Positions 39,998-51,654 of a DNA stretch of 64,000 nt are shown here, one piece after another. The translations under genes were made by a program, and so were the position numbers. Source of the DNA: Callorhinchus milii (lineage: Eukaryota); contig NW_024704742.1 in the NCBI RefSeq assembly GCF_018977255.1, positions 74,278,001 to 74,342,000 on the forward strand, read 5' to 3'. The notes beneath the pieces are model-generated. The model ran no database searches. It was not told the DNA's origin and saw only the letters and a program-made list of their open reading frames with translations. The number at the start of each line of letters is the position of its first letter. Position 1 is the stretch's first letter.

Positions 39998-41230
39998 GCA
40001 CAGGACATCAGGACTGAGTCAGTACAAATGACTGACAGCGACAGCAGAGGTGATTCCAGTGAGAGCAACACTTCTGAATCCACTGGGGATGGAGATGAAA
40101 ACAGAGTGGAACAGAAAACTGATCTCAGAGTGGAGTCCACTGAGGATAACACAGCCGAGGACACTGAAGACAGTGAGGATGAAGATAGCAAAGCTGACCT
40201 GAGAAACAATGTCATTGATGACGACAAAACTGATTCCAATGAAGACTATGATAATGACGATGGCAAAGCTCACTTGGGATCGGAGTCCACTGAGGATAAC
40301 TCTGATGAATCCACTGAGGATGATGATAATAGCAAAGCTGACTTGATGGTTGATTCCAATGAGGATAACTCAGCTGAGTCCAATGAGGACAGTGATGAAG
40401 ATAGCGAAGCTGACCTGAGAATGCAATCCATTGAGGACAGCACAGCTGAGTCTACCAAGGACAGTGATGAAGATAGCGAAGCTGACCTGAGAGGGCAATC
40501 CATTGAGGATAGCATAGCTGAGTCCAATGATGACAGTGATGAAGATAGCGAAGCTGACCTGAAAGTGCAGTCCATTGAGGACCTCACAGCTGAGTCCAAT
40601 GATGACAGTGATGAAGATAGTGAAGCTAAACTGAGAGTGCAATCCACTGAGGACAGCACAGCTGAGTCCACTGAAGACAGTAATGAAGATAGCGAAGCTG
40701 ACCTGAGAGTGCAGTCCATTGAGGACCTCACAGCTGAATCCAATGATGGCAGTGATGAAGATAGCGAAGCAGACCTGAGAGTGCAATCCCCTGAGGACCT
40801 CACAGCTGAGTCCAATGATGACAGTAATGAAGATATCGAAGCTGATCTGAGAGTGCATTCCCCTGAGGACCTCACAGCTGAGTCAATGATGACAGTGATG
40901 AAGATAGCAAAGCTAACCTGAGAGTGCAGTCCATTGAGGACCTCACAGCTGAGTCCAATGATGGCAGTGATGAAGATAGCGAAGCTGATCTGAGAGTGCA
41001 ATCCCCTGAGGACCTCACAGCTGAGTTCAATGATGACAGTGATGAAGATAGCGAAGCTGACCAGAGAGCGAGGTTGATTGAAGACAACACATCTGAGTCC
41101 AGTGATGACAGTAATAACAACAGTGCTAAACAACCTGAACTGAATGCTGATTCCAGTGCTTTGAAGTATGATGAGTCTAATGAAGGTGACAGCAATGAGT
41201 CAAATTCTGCACCAAGAAGCCTACAGGAAA
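39998..41230 (+). CDS. SPARCL1: SPARC-like 1, large acidic Asp/Glu/Ser exon with RGD and 72-nt tandem repeat; 1-nt frameshift near 40884 in this sequence
   Basis: tctgtag acceptor (phase 0), a|gtaagt donor (phase 1, matching the next exon); ORFs 40028-40921 and 40924-41349 carry the same repeat in two frames. Confidence 0.85.
40112..41120 (+). repeat. Coding tandem repeat, 72 nt / 24 aa, ~14 units (SEADLRVQSIEDLTAESNDDSDED)
   Basis: agcgaagctgacctg recurs at 40403, 40475, 40547 etc. Confidence 0.92.
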
Positions 41231-41392
41231 GTAAGTGTCACATCAAGTGGGCTTTTCCATTAATAACACATAAAGCGAGTGTGTTAAATTTGCTGACTTA
41301 TCTGGTCCTTTTCTCTTCAAGTCAGAATCACTGCTGGGAATGCCACTAATTTATTTTTACAAATTGTAATTGTAATTTTATTTAATTCATAG

Positions 41393-41514
41393 ACCCATGT
41401 AATAACCATCCTTGCAAACGTGGAAAGGTCTGTGAGCTGGACAATGAAGGGAAGCCCATGTGTGTTTGCCAGGACACAAGCACCTGTCCTGCTAGTACCA
41501 CTGACTCTCAGCAC
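41393..41514 (+). CDS. SPARCL1: SPARC-like 1, follistatin-N (EGF-like) exon
   Basis: [41 protein letters not shown]; ag/gt boundaries, 122 nt. Confidence 0.95.
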
Positions 41515-42667
41515 GTGAGTGTTTGTTATCACAATAGCAAAGTCTAGTGAAACAAAAGAATTAAACAAACATTCACTGCTTTATTTCAGATCATGGTTTC
41601 ATCACTGGCACAATTTTCGACTCTGTTACCAACATAATATGCTGGGTGCCAGGGTAAATACTAATTCAAAACACACATCATCTTAACAAAAATATGAATA
41701 TTAATCATGAAAAGCCAATAAACTACATGCAGAGAGTTCTGTGTGTTCTCTTCCAGACTGCTCTGGTGCCAAACAATACCATCTTTTAAGGAAACCACTC
41801 ATTGCAACCCATTCACCTCTTTCCTGAAGGGGACCAGGAAACGTCCCATGGTGTGACGGTTGTTTCTCTGAGCACCAGTCGGTACCATGACTGTTTACTG
41901 ATGTTCTCGGTGACTTTGGGGTCCTCAAACTTTAGGATTCTCCCAAAATCCCTTGGTAGTTGAGCCAATCTTATGAACTAATCTTATGCTGTGATTCATG
42001 AACTGAATCAATACCAACTGGTTTGGACTACTGCTTGTAAGCAGAATTTGGAAAAGGAAAGTTAATAAAATAAATATGATTTCATGGGTTTATCTGATAA
42101 AATACAAAGAACCGATTCTTTTATATTCTTATTCGGGATCTTGTTAGCGCTGAATTGGTTCCAAGGTGACATGCCTGGCAACAGATTGTTGGAATCAAGC
42201 CAGCCCTCTGTGGTGTCCCAGTAGACCAGGTCCTAAGTCAGGCACTTTCGCAGTATTCCAGGGCACTGCTGATGACAGCACAGCCCAGCCTGGCTCATCT
42301 ACAGGACCCGGAGAGGCAGACCAGTCACTGGAGGCAGAGAGTCATCCCACTCAGCTCCTGTTAATCCTGCAAGCCAAAGCCCTAACAGGTCAGGTGTTCC
42401 TCACTGGACAAGGAGTGGGAAAGCTTGCCGAACACCAATATCAATGGCAAGCTATGTGGTTTTAGCTGGTTAGACTCCAGCAATACCCCAACGCATGCTC
42501 TGGGGTCCCCAAGCCAACCCGCAAGAAATATTCAATCAAGAAAATGTATTTTGTTTTGCCAACCATACAGGTTGGCCACCACTGTTCTAGGGATTATGTT
42601 AGTTTGTCCATAGTTGCTAAACTTCAACATTTTTCCTTGTATTATTAAACAATTTGTTTTTTTCCAG

Positions 42668-42788
42668 GTGTGTGGCACAAATAACCGAACCTATGAAAGC
42701 TCTTGCCAATTCTTTGCCTCCAAGTGCATTCTTGAAGGAACAAAGAAGGGACACGGACTCCACCTGGACTACTTTGGGCCCTGCAAAG
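42668..42788 (+). CDS. SPARCL1: SPARC-like 1, Kazal exon
   Basis: [40 protein letters not shown]; 121 nt, ag/gt. Confidence 0.97.
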
Positions 42789-43189
42789 GTAAGTTTGTAA
42801 TGCAAGAAGTGTCTAAGGTCCAAATTATTAAGCACATGGAGTTTGTAACGATTCCATAACTATCCAGGTTTCAATATTTTCATTTATCATAGATTTAAAT
42901 TAAGATAAGACTGTTACAATAATCTACTATGCAAATAATGTACATAATACAACAGGAGTGGATGTATCTTATTGGTACCTGTAGGGACTTTGACTAATCT
43001 GTGCTTTGATATGTCATTCTAAGAACAAATTGCTTCGCCAATACAGTACCATAGTATTAGCAGCAATACGATTTTCTCACCTGAAATATATTGCATTGAA
43101 TATGGTGCAAGGAAAACAATTAGCTACTTCTTTAAACAGACAGTCTAATTTGCAATGATACAAAATATGCTTCATGTATTAGCTTGGTT

Positions 43190-43540
43190 AGTTTGGTTCA
43201 GTTGGTAGCTCTCTTGAAACTCTGTGGGTTCAGCCCTCAGCAGGATCTAGGTTGAGATAATATTGATGAAGTGCTGCATTGTAAAAGGCACTATCCTTTT
43301 GGTGAGATATTAAACAAAGGTCCTGTATGTGTTGAGGTGGACATTAAAGAGCAGGGAGTTCTTTGAGTATCCTGTCCCAATATTCCTCCCTCATCCAACA
43401 TTCACAAAACTATGAATTGATTATTTTTTGTCATTGTCATTTCAATTATGTTATGGGTACAGATTAGCTGCCAGGTTTGCCTATATTTCAACCGTCAAAA
43501 TAGCTCACTGCATAAAATGTTATGTCAAATGCAAGAATTA
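43190..43540 (+). mobile_element. Deu-domain SINE, decayed
   Basis: ggttcagttggtagctctc head; gagatattaaacaaaggtcctgt..aggtggacattaaaga core. Confidence 0.55.
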
Positions 43541-43652
43541 AAAAAAATCTGATTTTTGAAGAATTCGGTGGCCTTATTAATTAAATTACATCTATACAAA
43601 ATTTACATTGAAAAAATGAGGCTTTAACATGGTTTATTTTGGTTCTTTCTAG

Positions 43653-43789
43653 ACACAGCTCCATGCCAGGATAATGAATTGCTTCAGTTCCCTTTGCGGT
43701 TACGTAATTGGCTGAAGAATGTCCTAATGCAAATGTACGAGCGCGATCTTCAGATCCCTGGAATCCTTACTGAAAAACAGAGAAACAGA
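43653..43789 (+). CDS. SPARCL1: SPARC-like 1, EC domain exon (alpha-A helix)
   Basis: [46 protein letters not shown]; 137 nt, ag/gt. Confidence 0.95.
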
Positions 43790-44594
43790 GTGAGTTGTGT
43801 TGGTTTTGTTCTTCTTTAGTACTTGACTAAATACCAATTGGGAGTTTCATTTTAAACTCAGTTAGATCATCAATCATTCAGGTTGGTCAGATCGTCAGAT
43901 GAAAGAAAAACTTATCATTAACCCTGCTTTAAAAATGTACCTCAAAAATCCCAGTTTTAGGGTATTATCTCCAATTATGCACCACGGTGATCTCTTCTAT
44001 TAAGATCTTTGTCTTTTGGGAATAAGATTAAAGCTACCTAAATTTACCAAGACATTAGACTTTCTGAGAGAGAAAATTCTCATCTCAACTGTTTGAACCA
44101 AGTTTCAGATCTCTTCAATGCATTAATGTTCTCATATCACACTATAACCAGTGTTTCTTGTCCCTATTTATTGATTTCCTTATTACTTCACTCATTCACA
44201 TCTGCATCCTTCCTCAGAAGATGAGATCACACAGGTTGGAAGGCAGGGGTCTCTGAAATCAATGCTCTTCCAGAATTCAACAAGCAATAACCATGAAACA
44301 GTGAAACAAGACTGTCAATTCACCCCACTTGGATCATTGCAAAAGTGAGGAGTAATAGCCACTGGAAGATATTGAGGAAGTGCCTTAAATACATTGATTG
44401 CACATCATAGGCTACATGAGGATTGATTTGAAGGATCCATAAAAGGATTTACAAATTGTGAATCCTGCAGGTGACCCAGATTAGAACTTGCCCCGACCCG
44501 GTTCGGGACAAATATTAACTCAGTGTTTTCAGCAATAGAAGGCGAACATTGTGTCTGAGCTACTACTAACTTTAAAAAAAATCAATATTCCATA

Positions 44595-44725
44595 ATCTTA
44601 AATGTTTTTAATGCATTTATCCAGTAACCCTTTGAATGATTTTATTGATCCAGCCTCAGTGGACACTTGTAATAATGAATTCAACACACTGACAACCCTC
44701 TGAATGAAGAAACTTTGCCCATCTT
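44595..44725 (-). mobile_element. Short CR1 3' fragment just upstream of an exon acceptor
   Basis: Minus strand FFIQRVVSVLNSL...EAGSIKSFKGLLDK. Confidence 0.7.
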
Positions 44726-44768
44726 TTTCTGTTAACAGTACAATTATGGCACAATCCTTTGTTTGTAG

Positions 44769-44914
44769 GTTAAGAAAATTTATGACAGTGAGAAGAATCT
44801 TCATGCTGGTGACCACTTATTGGATCTGCCTTACAGTGATTTCAAGAATTATTATTCATTCATCTATCCAGTTCACTGGCAATTCAGACAGCTGGACCAG
44901 CATCCAACTGATGG
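44769..44914 (+). CDS. SPARCL1: SPARC-like 1, EC domain exon (into EF-hand 1)
   Basis: [49 protein letters not shown]; 146 nt, ag/gt. Confidence 0.95.
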
Positions 44915-45755
44915 GTAAGAAGGAACAAGCTTTATATTGACTTTCTTTTTCTGCTATTCCATTTTTAATTGGAAAACATAGGAAATTAAACTCAAGAGTA
45001 GGTCATTTGGTTCATCAAACCAGTTCTGCTATAAACCATTCTATGTACAACAAACAATCCATGACTTTCTGGGACAGTGATAGATTCTTATTCCTTTATA
45101 GGAAGAGATTTTCTTGGTCATAATCAGTTTTTTTTTTAATCCCAATTTTAAACCCATGTCTGCTTTAACTGATGGACTCACCAGGGGAAAAGTCAATTTG
45201 AGATTGGGTGGAGTTGCATCTGGGCAGGGTGGTAAAGGCGAGCATGCTAGACACATTTACGAAATGGCTTGAGCTTGATGGTCTAATGAGAAGATGGTAG
45301 GTTGGGGATTCATCAAAGACGAGTCTAATTAAACTGAAGGGCCATGTCTCACTTGTATATTACAAACTGAATTCAGTCCAATTACAATTTGGATGGCTAT
45401 TTTCCTTTGGTCAGTGTTGTTCATTAGTATTATGACTGCAACAATTTGCATTTCTATAGACCTCTGCACGTGGGGTAATGTTTTGGAGTACTTCATGATG
45501 TCTGACAACATCAGATGAGTAGTGAAGTCTCATCGTGATTGATAAATCCATCTATTTTACAACGCACTTATATATACAATATGCACACAAGATAGCATCT
45601 CAAAGCATTTTACAAGGCTAGTGTTGGTCTCTGAGCGGGGGTGGGGGATTTGAAAAAAANGTGCATATTTTTCAATGTGTACCAGGCACATGAATGACCA
45701 AAAATATTTGTTGTACTGTGCCATAGAACTCACAATGCTTTCATTCTCATTCCAG

Positions 45756-45904
45756 TTATCTCAGCCATTCTGAGCTGGCTCCCCTTCGTGCTCCATTAGT
45801 TCCTATAGAGCACTGCACCTCCCGATTTTTCACGCAGTGCAACACTGATGGTGACAGATTCCTCTCTTTGAGAGAATGGGCTCACTGCTTTGACATCAGT
45901 GAAG
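45756..45904 (+). CDS. SPARCL1: SPARC-like 1, EF-hand exon
   Basis: YLSHSELAPLRAPLVPIEHCTSRFFTQCNTDGDRFLSLREWAHCFDISE; 149 nt, ag/gt. Confidence 0.96.
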
Positions 45905-46324
45905 GTGAGAAGAGTCATACAGTGAGATTATTTCATCCTCATGAACTGTTAACATTTAATATTTTTATTCATGTTCAAAACTTGCACTTCATATAGAGTA
46001 CATTTATTTCAGTAATTGAAATCTTTGATAATCCATTTAATTCATTGTGTTTTGTAGTATTGTTCGGAATCTAGATTGACCTCCCTCTTTTTACAATTAC
46101 AGCAAAAAGATTAATAAAGGACGGGGTGTGGTCTCATTCACAATTGAATTGGACAACGCCAATGTTGTATAAATATATTACTTTAATCTTCCCAGTGGAA
46201 ATGAGGGATGTGATGCTGTCAGTAGGTGGAATATTAGTGTTGCAGACAGAGTTGAAGAGATAAGGCAAAAAGCTATAATGGACAAAGTAATGCGACTGAA
46301 ACTGCCAAGTCACCAGTCCTTGGG

Positions 46325-47130
46325 GATTAAGAGATTGTCATAGTCAAGCCTGGAGGTGATGAAAGCATGGTTAAGGATCTCAGTGGCCGGAAGGGAGAGG
46401 AGGAGCTGGGCAATTATGCGAAGGTGGGGGAAAGATGAATGGGTCAGGGCACGGATATGTGGTTTTCAAAGCAGTTGAGAATTGACCGAAGTTCCCCACT
46501 AGCTCTGTGAGGTGCAGTGTGCATCCATGTAGATTGATGCTGTCGGAGCCTGAAGTGAGCAGGCGCTAACGGGAGCCAATCAGGAGAGCCTCGGTCTTGT
46601 CAACATTCAACTGGAGAAAGTTAGCTCTCAACTAGAACTTGATGTCTGACGGACAAACGGTAAGAACAGCAGTGGTCTTGGAGTCGAGTAGCAGGCAGAG
46701 ATAGAGTTGGGTGTCATCTACTTCCATGTTAACCTCATGCCTGCGGATGACATTGCCAAGTGGGAGGGTGCAGATATTAAAGAGAGGACCGAGTATAGAG
46801 TCCTAAGAATACAAGTGGTGGTGCAAGGGCAGGAGGAGAAGCTGTTGGCAGATACGAAGTGGAGACTTTGGGATTAGGTAAGAATGAAATCAGCAAAAGA
46901 CAGAAACATGAAGATGGAGCTGAGAGGAGAATCGGTGGAGAAGGATAGAATGGTTAACAGTGTCGAAGGCAGCAGAGAGATCAAGAAGAATGAGAGAGAG
47001 ATCCCTGGTCACAGGAAGGAGGGATGTCATTAGTGACTTTGATCAGTTTCGATACTGTGGCAGCATAGAAGCCAGATTGGACGAGTTTGCTCATAGGTTA
47101 GAGATAGGAATTTGTTAGGCAACAGGGATG
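46325..47130 (-). mobile_element. L2 LINE RT fragment, decayed
   Basis: Minus strand LILLDLSAAFDTVNHSILLHRF..., LGPLLF, LQLNVDKTEALLIG remnants. Confidence 0.8.
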
Positions 47131-47252
47131 GGTCGAGAGACTACCCACTAATTTCAAGTCGCATAGCAAATTAAACAGTAGTTTTAAAAAAAACATTTTA
47201 CTAAATTGATAAGTATTTGTATTGAAGAAATTCCTGTTCCTTTCTCTTACAG

Positions 47253-47281
47253 AAGACATTAATCCTGATCTTACCTTCTGA
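47253..47281 (+). CDS. SPARCL1: SPARC-like 1, last coding exon (EDINPDLTF*)
   Basis: tttctcttacag acceptor, phase 1; SPARCL1-type C-terminus; TGA followed by TGA TAA; AATAAA at 47529, 47731 and 47818. Confidence 0.92.
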
Positions 47282-49816
47282 TGATAAATTGGGACTCCAC
47301 AGACCATCCTCACTAAATTTCAATTCCTTGTACCATTTTTGCTGTGTAACCTACAATTGATGTACATTTAATATCATATCCCTTCATCAATGGCATTAGA
47401 GTAACGCTGAGTTATTTTTTTTCCCTGAAGAGATTCTTTTTGTTTTTGACATACATTTTCTAATATATAGAACATTTATCACAGACATTAAACAGTTTGT
47501 AATACATCTTTAATGATTGCCCCAGGCTAATAAACAAGGTAAACTATTCTTGTGACATCTAGAAAAATCTAATTAATTACTACAACATAAACGTACTGTT
47601 AAAAGGTCAGGGCACATCTGTTAAGTGCAGTAGCACTTCTTATTTGGCCAAGAAACATGCAATAGTAAGGGAGCTTGGCATTTCCCTCAGAAATGATGAA
47701 GATTTACTGATCTCTAGTCTTTCTATGTATAATAAAGGATTTAAAAACAATTATTTCAACAGCAAATCAGTCTCGGTTTATTTGTGTATCTAATTGTTAA
47801 ATGTATTTTTTTGTTTCAATAAACTATTTTAAAAAAGAAAGCTTTGTCGTAACTGATTAACTGTTTGGCCACAAACAAGTCATTGCACTTTACAGTTTAT
47901 CTTGCGAAGTGTTAAGACATTCTCCTGGCATTTAAAGCGCTCTACCAAATATAAGGATTATTTTTTTAAATTGAAAAGATTGGCTCAACTGCAATGGACA
48001 ATGATGATTAAACACCAGCAATAATTATCACACCACTCACAACATTTTACGCCCTACATCCTGCTGACAGCTACTTCCCTCCCTACATCCCAGTAGTTTG
48101 TTCTATATAAAAAAGGGCAGTGTGGGTTGCAGATACGAATATCACTGCTGTCATGATTAATACCAGTGAAATCAAAAAGATGGTCTATGGGTAATATTAT
48201 CTCTTAGGTCTGCATTTCAAATGTGCTATATTGTTGCTCTAAGAGAAAAATGAGTTTCAGCAGGTTGCACCAAGTTAACAGGAGTACAAAGTATAAAACC
48301 TGCCAAAATTAGTTGCAAACAAAATCTCAGACGAGTCCAAAAGGAAAACTGGTCTGGAAGATGAAAAATTGTGAAAACATAAACAAACAGAAAGTGGGAC
48401 ACTCAAAATCTTTTTGCACATTTTTGTGTTGACACAAGGTGGAAACTTGTTTATGCTTCCACATTATAAACAAAGGCATTCCATTTTATAATGTAGTGTG
48501 GACAGGCCAATCGCATTACTTATCCTGATTACCAAAACATACGCCACTCCTAAAATCCATGAAAATCAAAATGGGAGTGATTAATGATTACTGGGATAGT
48601 CATATACGATGCAAACAAGAACAAGTCCAGCTCAGATATAAAACAGCAAAGAGAGGATAAAAATCTTAACAGTTGAGAACTAAAGAAATATCAAACCATA
48701 AATATTTTGCTGTCCCTTTTGAGATTGTTACCCCTCCCCAATCCTCCGCCCACCCTCTAGAAATTCACAGGCCCTGTAAAATTTACACCTCTTCATCAGG
48801 TTTCCCTCAACCTTCTCTGTTTCAGTACAAATTGCTGCTCAGGTCAAGACACTTACCCTATGAGCAGGAATTTTGCCCTATTTGCCCCTATTTACAAATC
48901 CTAAGATCCCATTAACTTTATTTACAGCTTTGTCCTCCTGTCTTCTCACCTTCAAAGATTTATTTGCATTGACCATCAGGTGTCTCTGCTCATCTATTCC
49001 TTTTACAATTTTAATCATTTAGTACATCCAACTTATTCTTCCACCCAAATGTTACCTCACACTTTTGTGCATTAAATTTCATCTCCATCTTTCGACACAA
49101 TCTGCTAGTCCATCTATGTCTTCCTGAAGTTGCTTAGTTTTCTTTAGTAGCATGAATTCAGAATAATTTAAAAAAAGATTAAATATAACTACTACATTAA
49201 GTTCAATGATTCAGGAATGAGAATTGATGTGAACTCGAGGAGGACAAATACAAAGTGTTTGTGTAGCTCCTCATCACATTGACACTTTTCAAAGTATTTC
49301 AAAGGTAATTACTGTCAAGTGAAGTCACTGCTTGTGTAGGTAAGTTTGGCAGTCACAGAAATAGTCGCACACGGCAACATCCCATAAACAAGATAAATGA
49401 CCAATTAATTTGGATTACTGTAGGCCAAGACATCAGGAGAAACCCCTTTCTCTTTTCGAATAGTATATTACCAAGAACTAAACACTGGTTGCCAATAATA
49501 AAGAGGTTGCAAGTGATGCAGGAAGCAAATACATCTAACCCAACAAATCTAGCCAGGGTACAAAGTAAACAGCATTTCTGACATTTTTTAAACTTATAAA
49601 ATGTTAGCACAAAGTGCGCACAGTTTAATATTTACTTTTCTTTTGCCCATACAGTTTAGTGTAATCAGATCATTTCAAGGAGCAGCTGTTGACCTCGTAT
49701 AACACTGAAGGCCTCATTAGTATTCATTTTAATGGTATCTAAGATATTTTTTAGTTGACAGCGTGGACTTGGTAAATCTGCAGAGGATGTGCTCTGCCCC
49801 TCACAAAACAACAAGG

Positions 49817-50220
49817 TGTCAGCTTGGCTCAGTTGGGAGTGCTGTTGCCTCCGAGTCAGAAGGTTGGGGATTCAATCCTCAATTTGGGACCTTGAACTCA
49901 ACAGTGTAAGCTAAACTCCAATACTGTGATAGAGCATTGTTGGAGGTGCCGTCACTTGGAAGAGTTTTTAAGCTTTGTCCTGTCTACCTATTTAGGTGGA
50001 CATTAAAGATATCACAGCACTATTCAAAAAGATGATTTATCCTAGTGTCCAAGACAACAATTCCCCAGAAAAAAATGGTCATTCACTTCATGGTTGTTTG
50101 TAGGACATTATTGTGCAAAAATTGACTGCCACTTTCCCCTACAAATATATTCACTCAGTCAATCCTGTGAAGCTTTGAGACATTTCAGTAAGGCGTATAA
50201 AATGCAAGGATTATTATTAA
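49817..50220 (+). mobile_element. Deu-domain SINE, near full length
   Basis: ggctcagttgggagtgctgttgcctccgagtcagaaggttggggattcaatcc head, aggtggacattaaagat core, TTA tail. Confidence 0.65.
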
Positions 50221-50689
50221 CAAACAACAAAAAACATTTCAATGAAATAATGTAGCATGAGCATCTCATAAAAGACACAGAGTTATGCAGGAGCAAGATG
50301 TTAGGAATGAGGTGAGGTAAATGTAAACAGGATGAATAAATATTACAGACAGCATCATAGAATTTGCAGCATCTGTTCACCAAAACACAGCCACCTAACA
50401 GAGGACAAAACAGGATTATCAGCAAAAATAGAATAGTCATAAAAACATTGAAGAAACTGGCAACCCATCTAAACCAAAAGTTTTTACTATTTTGTGAAAT
50501 TTACCAAACAGTGAAGTAACTGTTCAGTTTTTATTTGCTTATGGCTTCTGGGTGTAGAGAACACATATTTGCTTAAAAAGCCGAGGTCAAATCAAAATGT
50601 GTGCAAATGAAATACTTTTTTGCTTGGATACAGACTACAGAAATACATATTCTTTTGAACTGTCAACAGTGTCTAGGCCTTCAAACATC

Positions 50690-51337
50690 CATTCTTCCTC
50701 ATCCACGGTCTCACACCACAGGCCGCCAAAACTGTCATACATGCACACACTGAGGCTTGACTATGCAAGCTCCTTGCTTGTCAGCCTCTCCAACTCCTGC
50801 CTCCACAGGCTGCAGATCATCCAGAACTCTGCAGCCCATGTCCTCTCCCACACCAGGGTCCGTGACCCTATCACCCCCATCCTTGCCCAACTCCACTGGC
50901 TTCCCATCACACAGAGGATACAGTTGAAGATCCTGGTTCTCACCTTCAAAGCCCTCCATGGTCTTGCTCCCCCCTACCTCTCTGACCGCCTAACCTCCTA
51001 ACATCCTGCCCACTCCCTCCGCTCAGCGAGCTCCGGCCTGCTTCACGTCCCCCACCTCACCCGCCCCACCATTGGCGAGCCGGCCTTCTGCCACTCTGCC
51101 CCCACCCTCTGGAACTCCACACCGCAGTCCCTCTACCCCCTCTCTTGCCTCCTTCAAGATCCATCTAAAGACCCTCCTCTTTGACCATGCTTTTGATCTC
51201 TGATTCCCCGCCCTGCCCTCCACCCTACCCAAACCTGACCCCCAGCTCGGGTCCGAAACTCTGTCTGTCCAGCGCCTTGGGAAGTCCTCCCGACATGAAA
51301 GGCGCTATAGAAATGTAATTTTGTTTTTGTTGTTGTT
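50690..51337 (+). mobile_element. L2 LINE 3' end with (TTG)n tail
   Basis: RLDYASSLLVSL...LQIIQNSAAHVL...LHWLPITQRIQLKILVLTFKALHGLAPPYL. Confidence 0.9.
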
Positions 51338-51654
51338 CGTACACTGGAGATCAACCACTATACCATTTTACAAAGCAATGCTTTGCACAGGAGCTTCTTC
51401 CAACAACCGTTGCTTTTATGTTGTGCCTTTTATGTCGGGCGGTGTCCCAAGGTGCTTTCCTTTCATTTCTATTCAGAAACGGTTTTGTCATTTATGATTC
51501 TCCCACTATCCGTATTCTTTAATTGTGTGAACAGGAAGAACATTTGGTAGTATTGATTACATGAGGACACAACACACTGATTGATAATAATAATGAACAT
51601 TACTGCTCAATCTAGCAAGGTAGAAATAATGGCACCAGAGATTTGTGCTCATCA

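Noticed and set aside
40421..40440. MQSIED as a BMP1 cleavage site like DMP1/DSPP MQxDDP
   Set aside because: Lacks the Asp-Asp-Pro after the cleavage position; it is just a variant of the repeat unit.
40112..41120. CRISPR-like array
   Set aside because: Contiguous coding tandem repeats without unique spacers, in a vertebrate exon.
39961..41195. Minus-strand Ser/Leu-rich and hydrophobic ORFs
   Set aside because: Antisense shadows of the coding 72-nt repeat.
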